From the NCBI RefSeq assembly GCF_009914755.1, contig NC_060926.1: DNA of 64,000 bases, one strand, 5' to 3'. Origin of the DNA: the human T2T-CHM13v2.0 reference genome, Homo sapiens. Positions 1 through 13,110 of the stretch are shown here, piece by piece (positions within the stretch are counted from its first letter, which is position 1; each line of letters starts with the position of its first letter). The position numbers were made by a program, and so were the translations under genes. The notes beneath the pieces were generated by a model. The model was given only the letters and a program-made list of their open reading frames with translations, was not told the DNA's origin and searched no databases.

Positions 1-300
1 TTATTTTTTAACTCTTTTTTTTAGGTTCAAGGGTACATGTGCAGGTTTGTCTTATAGGTAAACTGTGTGTCACAGAGGTTTGGTGTAGAAAAAATTTCAT
101 CACCCAGGTAATAAATATAGTACCCAACAGGTATTTTTCTTCTGATCCTCTCCCTCTTTTCACCCTTCACCCTCAAGCAGGCTCCAATGACAGTTGTCCC
201 CCTCCTAGTATTCATGTGGTGTTGCTGTTTAGCTCCCACTTAAAAGTGAACACATGGTGCTAGAGGCCATTATCGTAAGCAAACACCAGAACAGAAAAGC
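1..300 (-). mobile_element. Old L1PA-type LINE-1 3' end, with the last ~40 bp (259-300) inverted
   Basis: T-rich tail then GGTACATGTGCAGGTTTGT...CTCCCACTT, the antisense L1 3'UTR. 259-300 (CTAGAGGCCATTATCGTAAGCAAAC...CAGAAAA) is the adjacent L1 segment in sense orientation. Confidence 0.85.
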
Positions 301-1659
301 ATTCTTTACAAAATTATAGTAAGGCTATAACTTTGTAACCATCTATGACAAAGTAGAGTTACTTTAAACTGAAAACTTTGTTTCAAAATACAATCATGAG
401 TAAATTGCTTTTTTACAGTAGCACTGTGCTTTATAAATTAGTAATTCAGAAGCATTTATGAAAATTTAGTTAATACTGCATAACTACTTCAGTTATAGAA
501 ACATAAACATAATAGTAAAAATGGCAATGTTATTAAGCTTTTCTTTTCTAATAAAAGGAAAATGATGGATTTTAGCATAAACATAAGAGGAATTTATGGA
601 TTCTCCAGTTCATTGTAAAAAATGCCCAAAGACAATAACTTTAGGCAGTCAGGATATTCTGAGAAACATGAACTGAGCTTCATAGAGTGATTAAGACATG
701 AGAATTGCTCAATGTTGCTATGAGTAAATATTAAAGAGCAAACCAATCTAAATTATTTTCTAATAATTTCATTTCAAAAATACTAAAATTTTTCTTCCTA
801 CCTGAAAAATATTTAAATAGTTCAATGTTTTTTAATAATAATTTTATAACTGCTATGGAAATAGACTTGCAATAGGCATCTACAATCTAAAAGGCATCTC
901 ATTAGATTAGGAAATACTTTTAAGTTACATGCTACAATGCACAGGGGATATTCTATCGAGATTACTTTGAATCATCTTTGGATGGACAGAGGAAAATGAG
1001 GATAAGAGGGGTGGACTGATTTATCAACAAAGAGCTCCAGTTCAACCTATTTAAGATATGAGGCATGTAGGTAAAGTTTCACTTAAACAAAAGGTTTCAC
1101 TGCTGAAAAACAATCACTCTATTAAGTTATCAGGTTATCAGGCCATCAGTTTCTATGACAAATTGCAAAGCAAGTCTAAGGAGATATAGCATCTGTTACT
1201 AGCATCAACAGCCAAGATAATCAGTTTGGGGAATATCTATAATTTTGGAATATTGTGAAATATAGGTCAGAAAGTCATGACAAAACTAATTTGAAATTTA
1301 ATCAATATTTTGAAATAACATGTAACAACATTTAGGTAAGTAAATTTACATTAAAACAAATTGCTATATTACTATAATGAATTTTGGAATGGTCACCACA
1401 TCCATATGGCTGAAAAGATGAAGCCACTGCCCTACTGTATTTTTTGAGGTTTCAATTATGGTTTTAAATGCAATCATTTCAATCCTGTGTTTTTATAGTT
1501 GCACATTACATGTTGTTATTTTACAACAAGAAGTATTAACTTCAACAATTCGTTTTTCTCTGAACAATATGATTTGAAGGCCATCACTATCTTCTTATAA
1601 TTTATTACTATCTGAAAAAAAATTGTTCTAATTATTCATTGTTGCTTTTTCTCCATTTA

Positions 1660-1780
1660 ACTAGAATTTAAACTCTGAAAGACTAGAGCCCTTTTTTATC
1701 TTATTCACTGATTTAACTTTAGCACCCAGAAGAATGTCTAGCACATAATTAGGCAGTCAATAAATTTTGTTGGATGGACA
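1660..1780 (+). mobile_element. L2 LINE 3' end fragment
   Basis: TAGCACCCAGAAGAATGTCTAGCACATAATTAGGCAGTCAATAAATTTTGTTGGATG resembles the L2 terminus. Confidence 0.65.
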
Positions 1781-1911
1781 AACCATTGTTTCTTATGGTC
1801 TAAAATTTAATCTCTCTATATTTTAGCTCCACAATCTGTAAAATGGGGCTGATAAGGAAGAAAAGTGAATTAGGTTTTGTTTGTATCTCACAGAACACTA
1901 AACTTTAAATA

Positions 1912-1990
1912 TTGGGTTGGTGAAAAAGTTATTGTGGTTTTTACCTTACTGTCAATGACAAAAACCACAATAACTTTTGCACCAATTTAA
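1912..1990. mobile_element. MADE1 (Hsmar1-derived MITE)
   Basis: ~80-bp palindrome TTGGGTTGGTGAAAAAGTTATTGTGGTTTTT...AAAAACCACAATAACTTTTGCACCAATTTAA, flanked by TA on both sides (1910-11, 1991-92). Confidence 0.92.
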
Positions 1991-3289
1991 TAATTTGACA
2001 ATGAAAAATATCTGGAAAACTTGAGAGTAGTTAAATGCGGTGGCTAAAAAACTAGTACTAAATAGCAAATGTCAATATGCAAGAAATCAAGAGGAAATAT
2101 TATTGAAGGTAATGAGGAATGTTATTTTCATTGTGAAAGCCTGTTTATGAATATATGGTGGTGGACAAATTGCAGGCATGCCAGGGTGCATATGAATAAT
2201 CGATGACTCCACTCTTCTCACTATGAACGTGTAACATTGATAATATCAACATAAGTATACAAGGACAAATGTATGTAAAAATATAAATACATTAGAGAAA
2301 TAAATGAGATTTAATCAAGACCTTAATTCCATTAGTGCTCTGTTTTAATAAAACTATATCCTTTCACGCTATCAAGTGCCAAGCTATCAAGTTAGCCCTT
2401 TGCTGAGTGCCATGAATAAAAAATATAAATAAATGAATGCCCTTTTATCACACAGCCAACCATTTTTGGTGGACAAAATTACAACTTGTGAAAAAAAAAA
2501 AATTCACTTTCTCTCACAGATATTTTAGATTTGGTATTTATTTGTGGCCCCATCAATAATTTACTTTCTGAAAGTGCTTATGCTGTATACAGTTTAATGA
2601 TGTTATGACTAGAAGTAGATTATTTATTATTGTTTATGTAATTGGGATTAATTCACTTATAAATATTCTATTTCAAATGGTCTACCTTAAAGTGTTTTTA
2701 TTATAAGTAAAATGAACATTACTGTGGAACATTAAATAAAATTCATTGAGTCCATTCAAGTCAAACTCTTTATTTTAAAAAATTATTTTAAGACATTATG
2801 TTATGGGTTTCACTTTGAAAGACTTTCTCCAATATAATTACTGGATGTTCATGTGTAAATTTTAGTTGGGGTAACTCTACAAAATCTCTTTAAAGATATA
2901 ATGTTAGTACAAGATAACGTTTATTTTAGTGCTTTATCTATGAAAATTTAAGTCCATATTATCACTTTCTATAGTACTGATAATGCAATTCACTCTCCCA
3001 GATTTTCACCTTGTAAATTTTTCCTCTATACCCCCAAAAGTTATTATTAACATGATGTGTAACATATAGTATATGATAAAACCTATACAATTTGTAATAA
3101 AATGTAACATTTTATTAATATGAAGAATAAGCCCCACTTATTAAGTACTTATGGCCAAAAGAAAAGCAATTCTCAACTACTAAAACATCTAGCATAACTG
3201 TAAGTTTAAGGTTATAAGGGGACTAGAGGAATGTTAAATGAATTCAGGAATTAACCAAACCTTGAAAGTGAGAAGATCTGTAAGACAAA

Positions 3290-3700
3290 TGTCTTAATTG
3301 GTGTTCCCCAGAAGCAGATCCTTAAACAATGACTATTGTACATGGACCATGGATGGGGAGTGATAAAGTGGGAGGAGACGCAAGACAGCCATAAAGCCTA
3401 CATATGAACCAACTACCACTAGGGAGAAACAACGCCTAATCCCATCGCAACAGGAAACATTAGGAAAAAGGGTACACAATATTCTTCAGAGATATTCCAT
3501 CCAAGGAGCCAGGGAACTGAGGTGTTTCTGCACCACCAGCTGTCATTCCTTGGTTTATACATTGATCATAGGCATGTTAATTCCAGTTTGTCATCCAGGA
3601 TTAGACTACCTTTTGTAAAGCTTTGAAGGAAACCCCAGGCAAAGAAATAGACACTGGCTACTTTTTTAAAGTGAAGTCTAAATACATGGGCACTGACGGC
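3290..3700. mobile_element. Ancient ERVL-type solo LTR fragment (LTR16-like)
   Basis: TTCCCCAGAAGCAGATCCT...ACCAACTACCACT...GGAACTGAGGTGTTTCTGCACCA resembles the LTR16 family; heavily diverged. Confidence 0.55.
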
Positions 3701-4202
3701 CAGTGTTTACTGCAGCAGACTGGATGTCTTTAACAAACACGTGACAAGTGTCCCTCAACAGGTATGTGATGGGGGATGGGAGGAGAGATAAATGGTTATA
3801 GAAAAAAAGATATTTCATCTTAATTGATTAGAAAGACCTGAACATATTCATTTCCTTGATTGTGATGGTTTTATGGATGTGGATGTATGCCAAATCTCAT
3901 GAAATTATATAATTTGAATGTGTACAGTTTCTTATACTGTTGGTTGTACTTTAATAAAACAGTTTTAAACAACAGTGGGATTAAAAATAATTTTAAAAGT
4001 CATGTCAATGACGATAAGACAATTATCTGGATCTTGATTAAAACAAAGCAATGTTATGAAGAATGCATTTGTACGACAATTAAAACTTTTAATTGAGACT
4101 ACAGACTGGCATTATTAGATAACATTAAGGAATTTTAATTTTTTGACTATGATGTTGGTTTTACAAATATGTTACCACATATGATGTCTGGGACTTGTTT
4201 TT

Positions 4203-4522
4203 TACTTACTTATTTTTATACGTATTTTATAAGGCCAAGTCCCTCTCTGCTGCCCAGGCTGGAATGCAATGGCATGATCATGGCTCACTGCAGCTTCAAC
4301 CTCCTGGGCTTAAGTGATCCTTCCACCTTAGCCTCCCAAGTAGGTGGGACTATAGGCACACAACATCGTGCTCAGCTAATTAATTAATTAATTCATTTAT
4401 TTGTAGAGACAGGGTCTCACTATGTTGCCCAGGTTGGTCTCGAACTCCTGGACTCAAGTAATCCCCTCCACTTTGACCTCCCAAAGTGCTGGGATTACAG
4501 GTGTGAGCCATCCTGCCTGGTT
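4203..4522 (-). mobile_element. AluJ inserted in an old L1M 3' fragment (~3780-4640)
   Basis: Antisense dimeric Alu with J-type CTCACTGCAGCTTCAACCTCCTGGGCTTAAG and TCACTATGTTGCCCAGG. Confidence 0.9.
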
Positions 4523-5194
4523 GGATTTGTGTTTAAATGAACTTGTGAAAAGAAAGAAAGCAAGAATAGGCCATGATGGTTGATTTTACCATTTTCTGTA
4601 GTTTTGTGTACATCTGAAAATATCTATAATAAAAAAAGTCAAAAATGAGAACCAAAACTAAAACAAAGTAAGAAAAAAATACCATTTGCCATTTTTGCGA
4701 CTGAGTAAAATATATATTTAATTACTATTACTTTCAACACAACACAACTTTTGTTTTGGTTTTAATTGGTGTCTATGTTTTAAAACTCTATCATGTACCA
4801 TGATTTATAAAATGCTGACTTTATTGCTAATGTATTGCAAATCATTGAAGTGATTGAAGACATAATCTTGAAAACCAAATTTTTTTATTTATTTTTAATT
4901 TTTCAAATGGCCTCCGTAGTTAATAAATTTTAACTAATTAAATATACCTTTTGTAAGATGAGATAAAACTAATGAGTGATGTAAAGTTATGTTGAGCTAT
5001 TGGTGTACCATGCATATTTGCTATCTGAGTGTGTAACTACATTAATTTCTTTGGATACATTTAGTTTGGCCTTCTGTCTTCAATGTACTTCCTTTAATTA
5101 CTTGCTGAGTATAAAGTCAGCCTTATTAGTTTCTTCACAATACATTTTCATGAGTATGTACTTTGCTTCAAAGAAGAATTTGATTAGTTGTTGA

Positions 5195-5420
5195 TTTGCT
5201 TTTAAAGCTTTGTCACCAGGGCTGGGGTGCAGCGGTGCAGTCATAGCCCACTGTAAACTCGAACTCTTGGATTTAAGGGATCCTTGCCTCAGCCTCTGGA
5301 GTAGCTGGCCAGAGGGGCACTCCACCAAGCCTGGCTAACTTTTAAATCTGTCGTAGAGATTGGGGGTCCTTGTTATGTTGCCAAGGCTTGTCTCAAACTC
5401 ATGGCCTCAAGCCAATCTCC
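5195..5420 (-). mobile_element. Diverged, truncated AluJ
   Basis: GTCACCAGGGCTGGGGTGCAGCGGTGCAGTCATAGCCCACTG...TATGTTGCCAAGGCTTGTCTCAAACTC. Confidence 0.8.
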
Positions 5421-6635
5421 CTATTTGTTCACATAAAAATAAAGATATATAATTCTTGAAATATAATAATTTAATAATCATATTCTCTGAGTCCAGCTTC
5501 TGGTTTATTATAACCTATAATAAAGTAGAACTTCTAAAATGCAAATAGAATAGAACATATTCTAAGTACTTTCTAAAGTTGAAAACAAAAAAAAATAGGA
5601 TGAGGAAAAAGAGAATTTGGAAAACTCAATTTCATATGCAGTGAGTTCAATGTAGTGTGTTGAAAATCCAATCAGACCCTGGCATTTCTGTAAGAAATGT
5701 ACTTTTAACAGAACCTAATAAGTAGAGAGGAAGACAGTCTGCTAAAAGAATAATTTCATTTTTTTACTCAAGATAACTGCTACATCATAATGATAAAAGA
5801 TTTCTTGTATGTGTAAGACAAAGTTGAGCTATAATGAGGTTATTCATTTTTTTTCTTTCTAGTCCAGAAAATAAATGAATTATAAGTAATGGGGCCCAAT
5901 TTGGAGTTCTTTTTTCTTGCTGAAAATAAGGACTTTGCAAAACTCTGATATATTTTTGAGTGCTGCTGCACGCTCTTCAGTCATTAGAAATGAATTTATA
6001 AAGGTTGAGAGGAAAGGGAGACTGCAGTTCTATTTATATCCTATAATATAGTAGCAGTGTCATGAAACCCTGAGGCTAAACTTTCTAAGGAAAATAAAGA
6101 ATGTCTGCAATGAATTAACTAGAAAAGAAACTATTTTTTAAAAGCCCTAATTGACATTAAACCAAATAAAGCAACTTTTTAAAAGAAAGACTGTTGAAAG
6201 GAGATTTCTTTAATGCAATAGAAAGCACAGTAAAAACACAAAGAAAATTTGAATGAGTTACCAGCTAGTTATTCTAAGGGATGAAAAACATTAAATTGTG
6301 CCATTTATATCCTTTGTGGTCATTCTGGGGTCTTTAGGCATTCATTTTCAATGCCTGGAATTTATTTCTATTATCTTTAGTTCAGATGATATTTATGCTC
6401 TCTAATTCAGTTGGCTAACATGGTCTTATAAGTAAATACATGTTTGAAAGAAAATTTGAAAGTGGGAATAGTTTAACAATATATTATGGAAGAGCATTTT
6501 AGAGATATTAAAATAAAATGTTAACTATTCAAATTCTTGTTAGAATTTGTGGGCATTTGTATAAAAATTTACTCGAGATAAACAAATGTTGGGAAATACT
6601 GTAGGGAGGCTTTCTAAATGACACCACACTGATTA

Positions 6636-6813
6636 GTTTTCTTTCTTTTTCTTTTTCTTTTCTTTTTTTTTTGAGATGAAGTCTCGCTCTGTCTGCAACC
6701 TCTTCCCCCCAGGTTCAAGCAATGCTCCTGCCTCAGCCTCCCGAGTAGCTGGGATTACAGGCACCCACCACTACGCCCGGCTAATTTTTGTATTTTTAGT
6801 AGAGACGGGGTTT
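6636..6813 (-). mobile_element. Partial AluS (right arm plus part of left arm, ~35-40 bp internal deletion)
   Basis: T-rich tail, GAGATGAAGTCTCGCTCTGTC joined directly to TGCAACCTC; stops abruptly at AGAGACGGGGTTT. Confidence 0.9.
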
Positions 6814-6816
6814 CTA

Positions 6817-7165
6817 CTTTACTCCAGTTCCCAGCAAGTTCCTCATTTCCATCTGTTACTTTGTCAGCCTGGACTTCACTGTCCATGTCACTATCAGCAT
6901 TTTGGTCATAACCATTTAACAAGTCTCTAAGAAGTTCCAAACTTTCCCTCATCTTCCTGTCTTCTTTTGAGGCTTCCAAACTCTTCCAACCTCGGCCCAT
7001 TACCCAGTTCCAAAGTTGCTTCCACATTTTAATGTATCTCTATAGCAAAACTCACTTCTGGTACCAACTTTCTGCATTAGGCAATTCTTGTGGTGTGTCA
7101 CTATAAAGAAATACCTGAGATTGGGTAATTTACAAAGAGAAGAAATTTAATTGGCTCACGGTTTT
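6817..7165 (-). repeat. Local duplicate of the MST internal/LTR junction (copy of 10577-10926)
   Basis: Near-identical by eye to 10577-10926, including idiosyncratic stretches ATCTGTTACTTTGTC and GGCAATTCTTGTGGTGTGTCA. Confidence 0.95.
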
Positions 7166-7209
7166 CTACTAAACCCCATCTCTACTAAGGTGGCTCATGT
7201 CTCTACTGA

Positions 7210-7556
<347 letters not shown>

Positions 7557-7795
7557 TTAACACTATATGTGAGTTTTCAAAAATAAAATATTAAAGTGGT
7601 ATTATTATTTTTTTACTTTCAACCTGAATATTTTTCTAAGAATTCAAGAAACTAAGACTAAGCTCAACTTCATATCTCTGCTTCGGTTTATTTATTGCAT
7701 GCTGGTCAATAGAAATTGGAAAAAAATCATGTTAAACAAAATATTCTTTATTGTAAACCATCAATGATAGAAAATGACCCTTACTTTTCACTCTC

Positions 7796-7798
<3 letters not shown>

Positions 7799-7840
<42 letters not shown>
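7799..7840. repeat. (AT)n microsatellite
   Basis: ~21 uninterrupted AT units. Confidence 0.98.
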
Positions 7841-7843
<3 letters not shown>

Positions 7844-8822
7844 CTTATTTTAAGATCATAGTTGCTTTTGTTTCTATATTGAGTAAGCTTATATTATTTT
7901 AAAGTTTACCCATATGTGTTTTTTTGCATTGCCAGAATGAATTATGTATTTTTTTCTGATCAGTTTAGTCAACTTTTTCAACCAAAATACCGTCTGCATA
8001 ATTCAAATTTTTTCAATAAAAATTTATTGAGTACTTACTCTGTTTTAGGTATTATACCTTGTGCTAATAATAAAAAGATTAATATAGATTTATAACAATT
8101 ACAATGCAATATAAGATAGGAAAATATGCATTAACAGAAATGTAAAAATAAAAATGACATTATGCTGCACACCCAAAGATTAATTCTATCAAAATGTGAT
8201 ATTGGAGGGAGGAGAGGAAAATGAATGCATATTTTCATAGAGGAAGGAACATTTTCACAGTATGGAAGAGGGAGGTACAATGCAAGACAAGTGTGAGACA
8301 GGCCTGGCTTTTTTGTAGAATTCAGTGATTTCTAGCCTACGCTGTAAAGGGAGTGGTAAAGTTTAATTGATAAAAACTCAGCCTCTCTCAAAAAAGTCAG
8401 CATATAAAATTCTGGTTTTCACACTTAGTAATGATGTGACACTGTGTTCTGTTTTTTTTTTATTTTTAAAATGGAGATAAAAATGACTCCTATCTAGTCA
8501 GGTTGCTGTTAAGACTTTATTGGGCCTGGCAAATAGTATATATCCAGTTAACTCTTCTAGCTTTTATAACTAATTCTCACATTTTCCATACATAGCTACT
8601 TCACGTCTGGAGCCCTTTTTGCTGTCTCTCGAGAAGACATGCTCCCATCTCTGCTGCATTTAATCATTTATTTGTTTTCGGCCTATGGCTTCCTCCATTC
8701 TCTTTCTGTGCAATCAAGGCAGAGTATTTCACTTCCCATCTTTCAGAGAATCTCTAAACCATTGACTTACTGATAATGAAGACCTTTTTTTCTGAATTGC
8801 TATGTTATTTTTTCATACCTAT

Positions 8823-11243
8823 TGTATTAGGCCATTCTCACATTGCTATGAAGAATGCCTGAGATTGGGTAATTTATAAAAAAAAGTTTAATTGACTTAC
8901 AGTTCTGCAGACTGTACAGGAAGCATGGCATCAACATGTGCTCCACTTCCATAGAGGACTTAGGAAGCTTTTACTCATGGCAAAAAGCAAAGCAGGAGCG
9001 GCACATCACACGGTGAGAGCAGGAGAAAGGGAGAAAGGAGGAAGATGCCACATACGTTTAAATAGCCAGATCTCCCAAGAACTCTCTCACTATCATAATG
9101 ACAGCACCAAGCCATGAGGGGTCTTCACCTGTGATCCAAACACCTCCTACCAGGCCCCTCTTTCAACATCAGGAATTACAATGAGATTTAGAGGTGACAA
9201 TATCCAAATTATATCACTTCACCACAGCCCTTCACATTTCATGTTTTTCTTGCACTGCAAAATACAATCATCCCCTGTCAATAGTCCCCTAAAAGTCTTA
9301 ACTTGTTTCAACATCATTCAAAATTCCAAAGTCCAGATTCTCATCTGAGACAAGGCAAGTCCCTTCCACCTAGTAGTCTATAAAATCAAAACCAAGTTAT
9401 TTATTTACAAGATACAATGAGGATATAGGAATTGGGTAAATATCATTCTAAAAGGGAGGAATTATCCAACAGGAAAAAGAAGCAACAGGATCCAAGCAAG
9501 TCCAAAACATAGCAGGGTTTCCATTAAATCTTAAAGCTCCAAAATAATTTCCTTTGACTAAATGTTTCACATCCAGGTCAGACTGGTGTGAGAAGTGGAC
9601 TCCGAAGGCCTAGTACAGCTCGGCCCTTGTGGCTTTGCAGGGTACAGCCCCCATGGCTGTTCTAACAGGTTGGATTTGAGTGCTTGCAGCTTTTCCAGGT
9701 TCAGGGTTCAAGCTGCCATTCTGAAATATAAAGGATGGTTGTCACCTTTCCCATAAATCCACTAGGCAGTGCTCCAGTGGGGACTTTGTCTGGGGCCTCT
9801 AACCCCATATTTGCCCTCCATACTGCTCTAGTAGAGGTTCTCTGTGAGGGCTATGCCCCTGCAGCAGGCTTCTGCCTGGGCACCCAGGCTTTCTCATCCA
9901 TTCTTTGAAATATAGACAGAGGCTGACAAGCCTCTTTTAGTCTTGCACTATGTATGCAACAGGGTTAACACCACATGGAAGCCACCAAAGCTTATGGCTC
10001 GCATCCTTGAGAGTTGCAACTTGAGATATATTTGGGACCTTTGAGCATAAGCTGAAACCAGAGTGTCCAGAATGTTAGGAATACCCTCCTGGAATGGCAC
10101 AATATGGTGATACCCTGTGCCTGATCCATGAAAACATTAAGTCCCCCTATGCCTGTGGGCCTGTGATGAGAGAGGCTGTCTTGAAGGTCTCTGAAATGCC
10201 TTTAAGGCCCTTTTCATATTGTCTTGGCTATTGTCACTTAGCTCCTTTTTAGTCATGCTAATATCTCTAGCAAGTGATTGCTTCACAGCCCTCTGAATTT
10301 CTCTCCTGATAATACCTTTAATTTCTCTGCCGCATAGCCAGGCTGCAAATTGCTCAAACTTTTATGCTCTGCTTCCTCTTTAAATATAACTTCCAACTTT
10401 AAGTTATTTCTTTGCTCCTACATCTGAGTGTAGGCCACATCTTGAGCACTTTGCTGCTAAGAAATTTCTTCTGCCAGATATTCTAGGTCATCACTCTCAA
10501 TTTCAAACTTCCACAGATCCTTAAGGCATGAACAAAATGCAGCTGAGTCTTTTTGCTGAGGCATAACATGCAAGACCTTTACTCCAGTTCCCAGCAAGTT
10601 CCTCATTTCCATCTGTTACTTTGTCGCCTGGACTTCCTTATCTCCATGTCACTATCAGCATTTTGGTCATAACCATTTAACAAGTCTCTAAGAAGTTCCA
10701 AACTTTCCCTCATCTTCATGTCTTCTTCTGAGCCTTCCAAACTCTTCCAACCTCTGCCCATTACCCAGTTCCAAAGTTGCTTCCACATTTTAATGTATCT
10801 CTATAGCAAAACTCACTCCTGGTACCAACTGTCTGTATTAGGCAATTCTTGTGGTGTGTCAGTATAAAGAAATACCTGAGATTGGTTAATTTACAAAGAG
10901 AAGAAATTTAATTGGCTCACGATTTTGCAGACTGTACAGGAAGCATGATGCTGACATCTGCTTGGCTTCTAGGGAGGTCTCAGGAAGCTTTTACTCATCG
11001 TGGAAGGTAAAGTGGGAACAGGCACATCACATGACAAGACCAAGAGCAAGAGAGAGATGGGGGAAATGCCACACACCTTTAAATACCTAGATCTTTCAAG
11101 AACTTACTCACTGCCATGAGGACAGGGCCAAGCCATGAAGGATCTTCCTTCATGACCCAACACCTCCCACCAGGCCTCACCTCCATTACTGGGAATCACA
11201 ATTCAACATGACACTTACAGGGGTTAACATCCAAACTATGACA
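8823..11243 (-). mobile_element. Complete MST (MSTA/B-type) MaLR element: LTR 8823-9216, internal 9217-10833, LTR 10834-11243
   Basis: Two homologous ~400-bp LTRs beginning TGTATTAGGC and ending ATATCA/ATGACA; ~1.6-kb MaLR internal region; perfect 5-bp TSD CCTAT at 8818-8822 and 11244-11248. Confidence 0.93.
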
Positions 11244-12686
11244 CCTATTTACTAAAATGTAAATGATATTTTAGAAGGAAGTGAGACATGTACATTTGTT
11301 CGTTCATCAACCTAACCAAATAACCTGAATATGCCATTTTTCTTTCTCTTTTTTGAGAAATTATTTTTAAAAAATAGTAACAGCAAGCTGGAACAGCAAC
11401 AACACAGCAATAAAAAGACAGAGAAAAATCCCAGTTGGGAAGTTTATTTTGTTTTCTAAAACCATGTTTTTTGTTTGTTTTGTTTCACTGAGTTTTAGTG
11501 TTTGCTTTACTGTAATGTATTTACTTCTTCAAAATATTGGTTATATTAGCTCTTGACAATCTTTCAAGATAAGCCAAATTGCAAACTTCATAGTACAAGA
11601 TCTTTTCATCTTATCATCAAACAATAAAAGTTTCATGGGATCTGTTTGTAGGCCTTTTTAAGTCTGAGTAAAGAACCTTGACACGTACTGTTAGACAGCA
11701 TTATTGGTGTCTTAACTAATAGAAAACCTTAAGGAGACAAAAAATGTAAAAAATTCCTACAAGTATGAGTTGAGGGTTACAAATTATTTTTAACCTAAGA
11801 AAAACTGAATGAATTATTTCTAATTTAAGAGAAACTTAAGTACAGTATGCAAAATTCTTTGCAAAGAATTCCCCACTCACCAAACAAAGAGTTACCCTCT
11901 GTCAATGGCCTGTCATCTGGAAGTTTTCTATATGATTTGGTCTGATTCTTTCAGTGATGCTAAAAATCAGAGTCTTGTAATTATTTTATTTTAATATTTA
12001 CATTCTTATTTCTGATATGGTAAAGTGTCCTCTGCTTAATTTTTAAAATAAACATTTTTAATTCATTTCTTAAAATATATATTATCATATATATTTTTAT
12101 CATTTTTTTCTTGACATATTTTTGTCTTTATATCTAAATGAAAATGTGCTTAAGGCTTTCAAAATTACTCATGGAATCTTTCTCTGTTAGCATAACACAA
12201 AGCCGTAATCTGATAGCTCGATGATCATATTTTGCTGTATTGCAATCAAGTAAACTATCGTTATTTCATGGGAATGATTTTGGTTTAATATTGAAATGAA
12301 GTCATTCTAAAACTTTAGAGCATTGACACAAAACGGATGGCATATTCAACTTGAATGATTTTAGGGAAGTTTAACAAAGAAACTAGTTGCAAGGTGCGGA
12401 CAGAGTTAATAGACAGCACTAAGGAATGGTCCATTACTCTGGTGTTAGTATGAGTAGGGAGCCCTCATCACCTACTTTTATCAAATTTGGTGTGTCTGAA
12501 TTTTTCAATGTACACACATAATCTGTATCTTCTAAACTTTCTTAAACATATATGACATTATACTTATCAAAATATTCTCCAATTTTTTGTGTGTGCACTT
12601 CACATCCAATAATGGGAATTCTAACTGCCATATATTATTTCTTGGTATATATTTACCAAAATTTAAAACAATAAAAAATAAAGGGT

Positions 12687-13110
<424 letters not shown>

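Noticed and set aside
6755-7027. Two similar ORFs beginning MWKQLWNWVMGRGWKSLE (also 10603-10788), suggesting a small gene family
   Set aside because: Both lie in MST internal sequence; the similarity is explained by the local DNA duplication.
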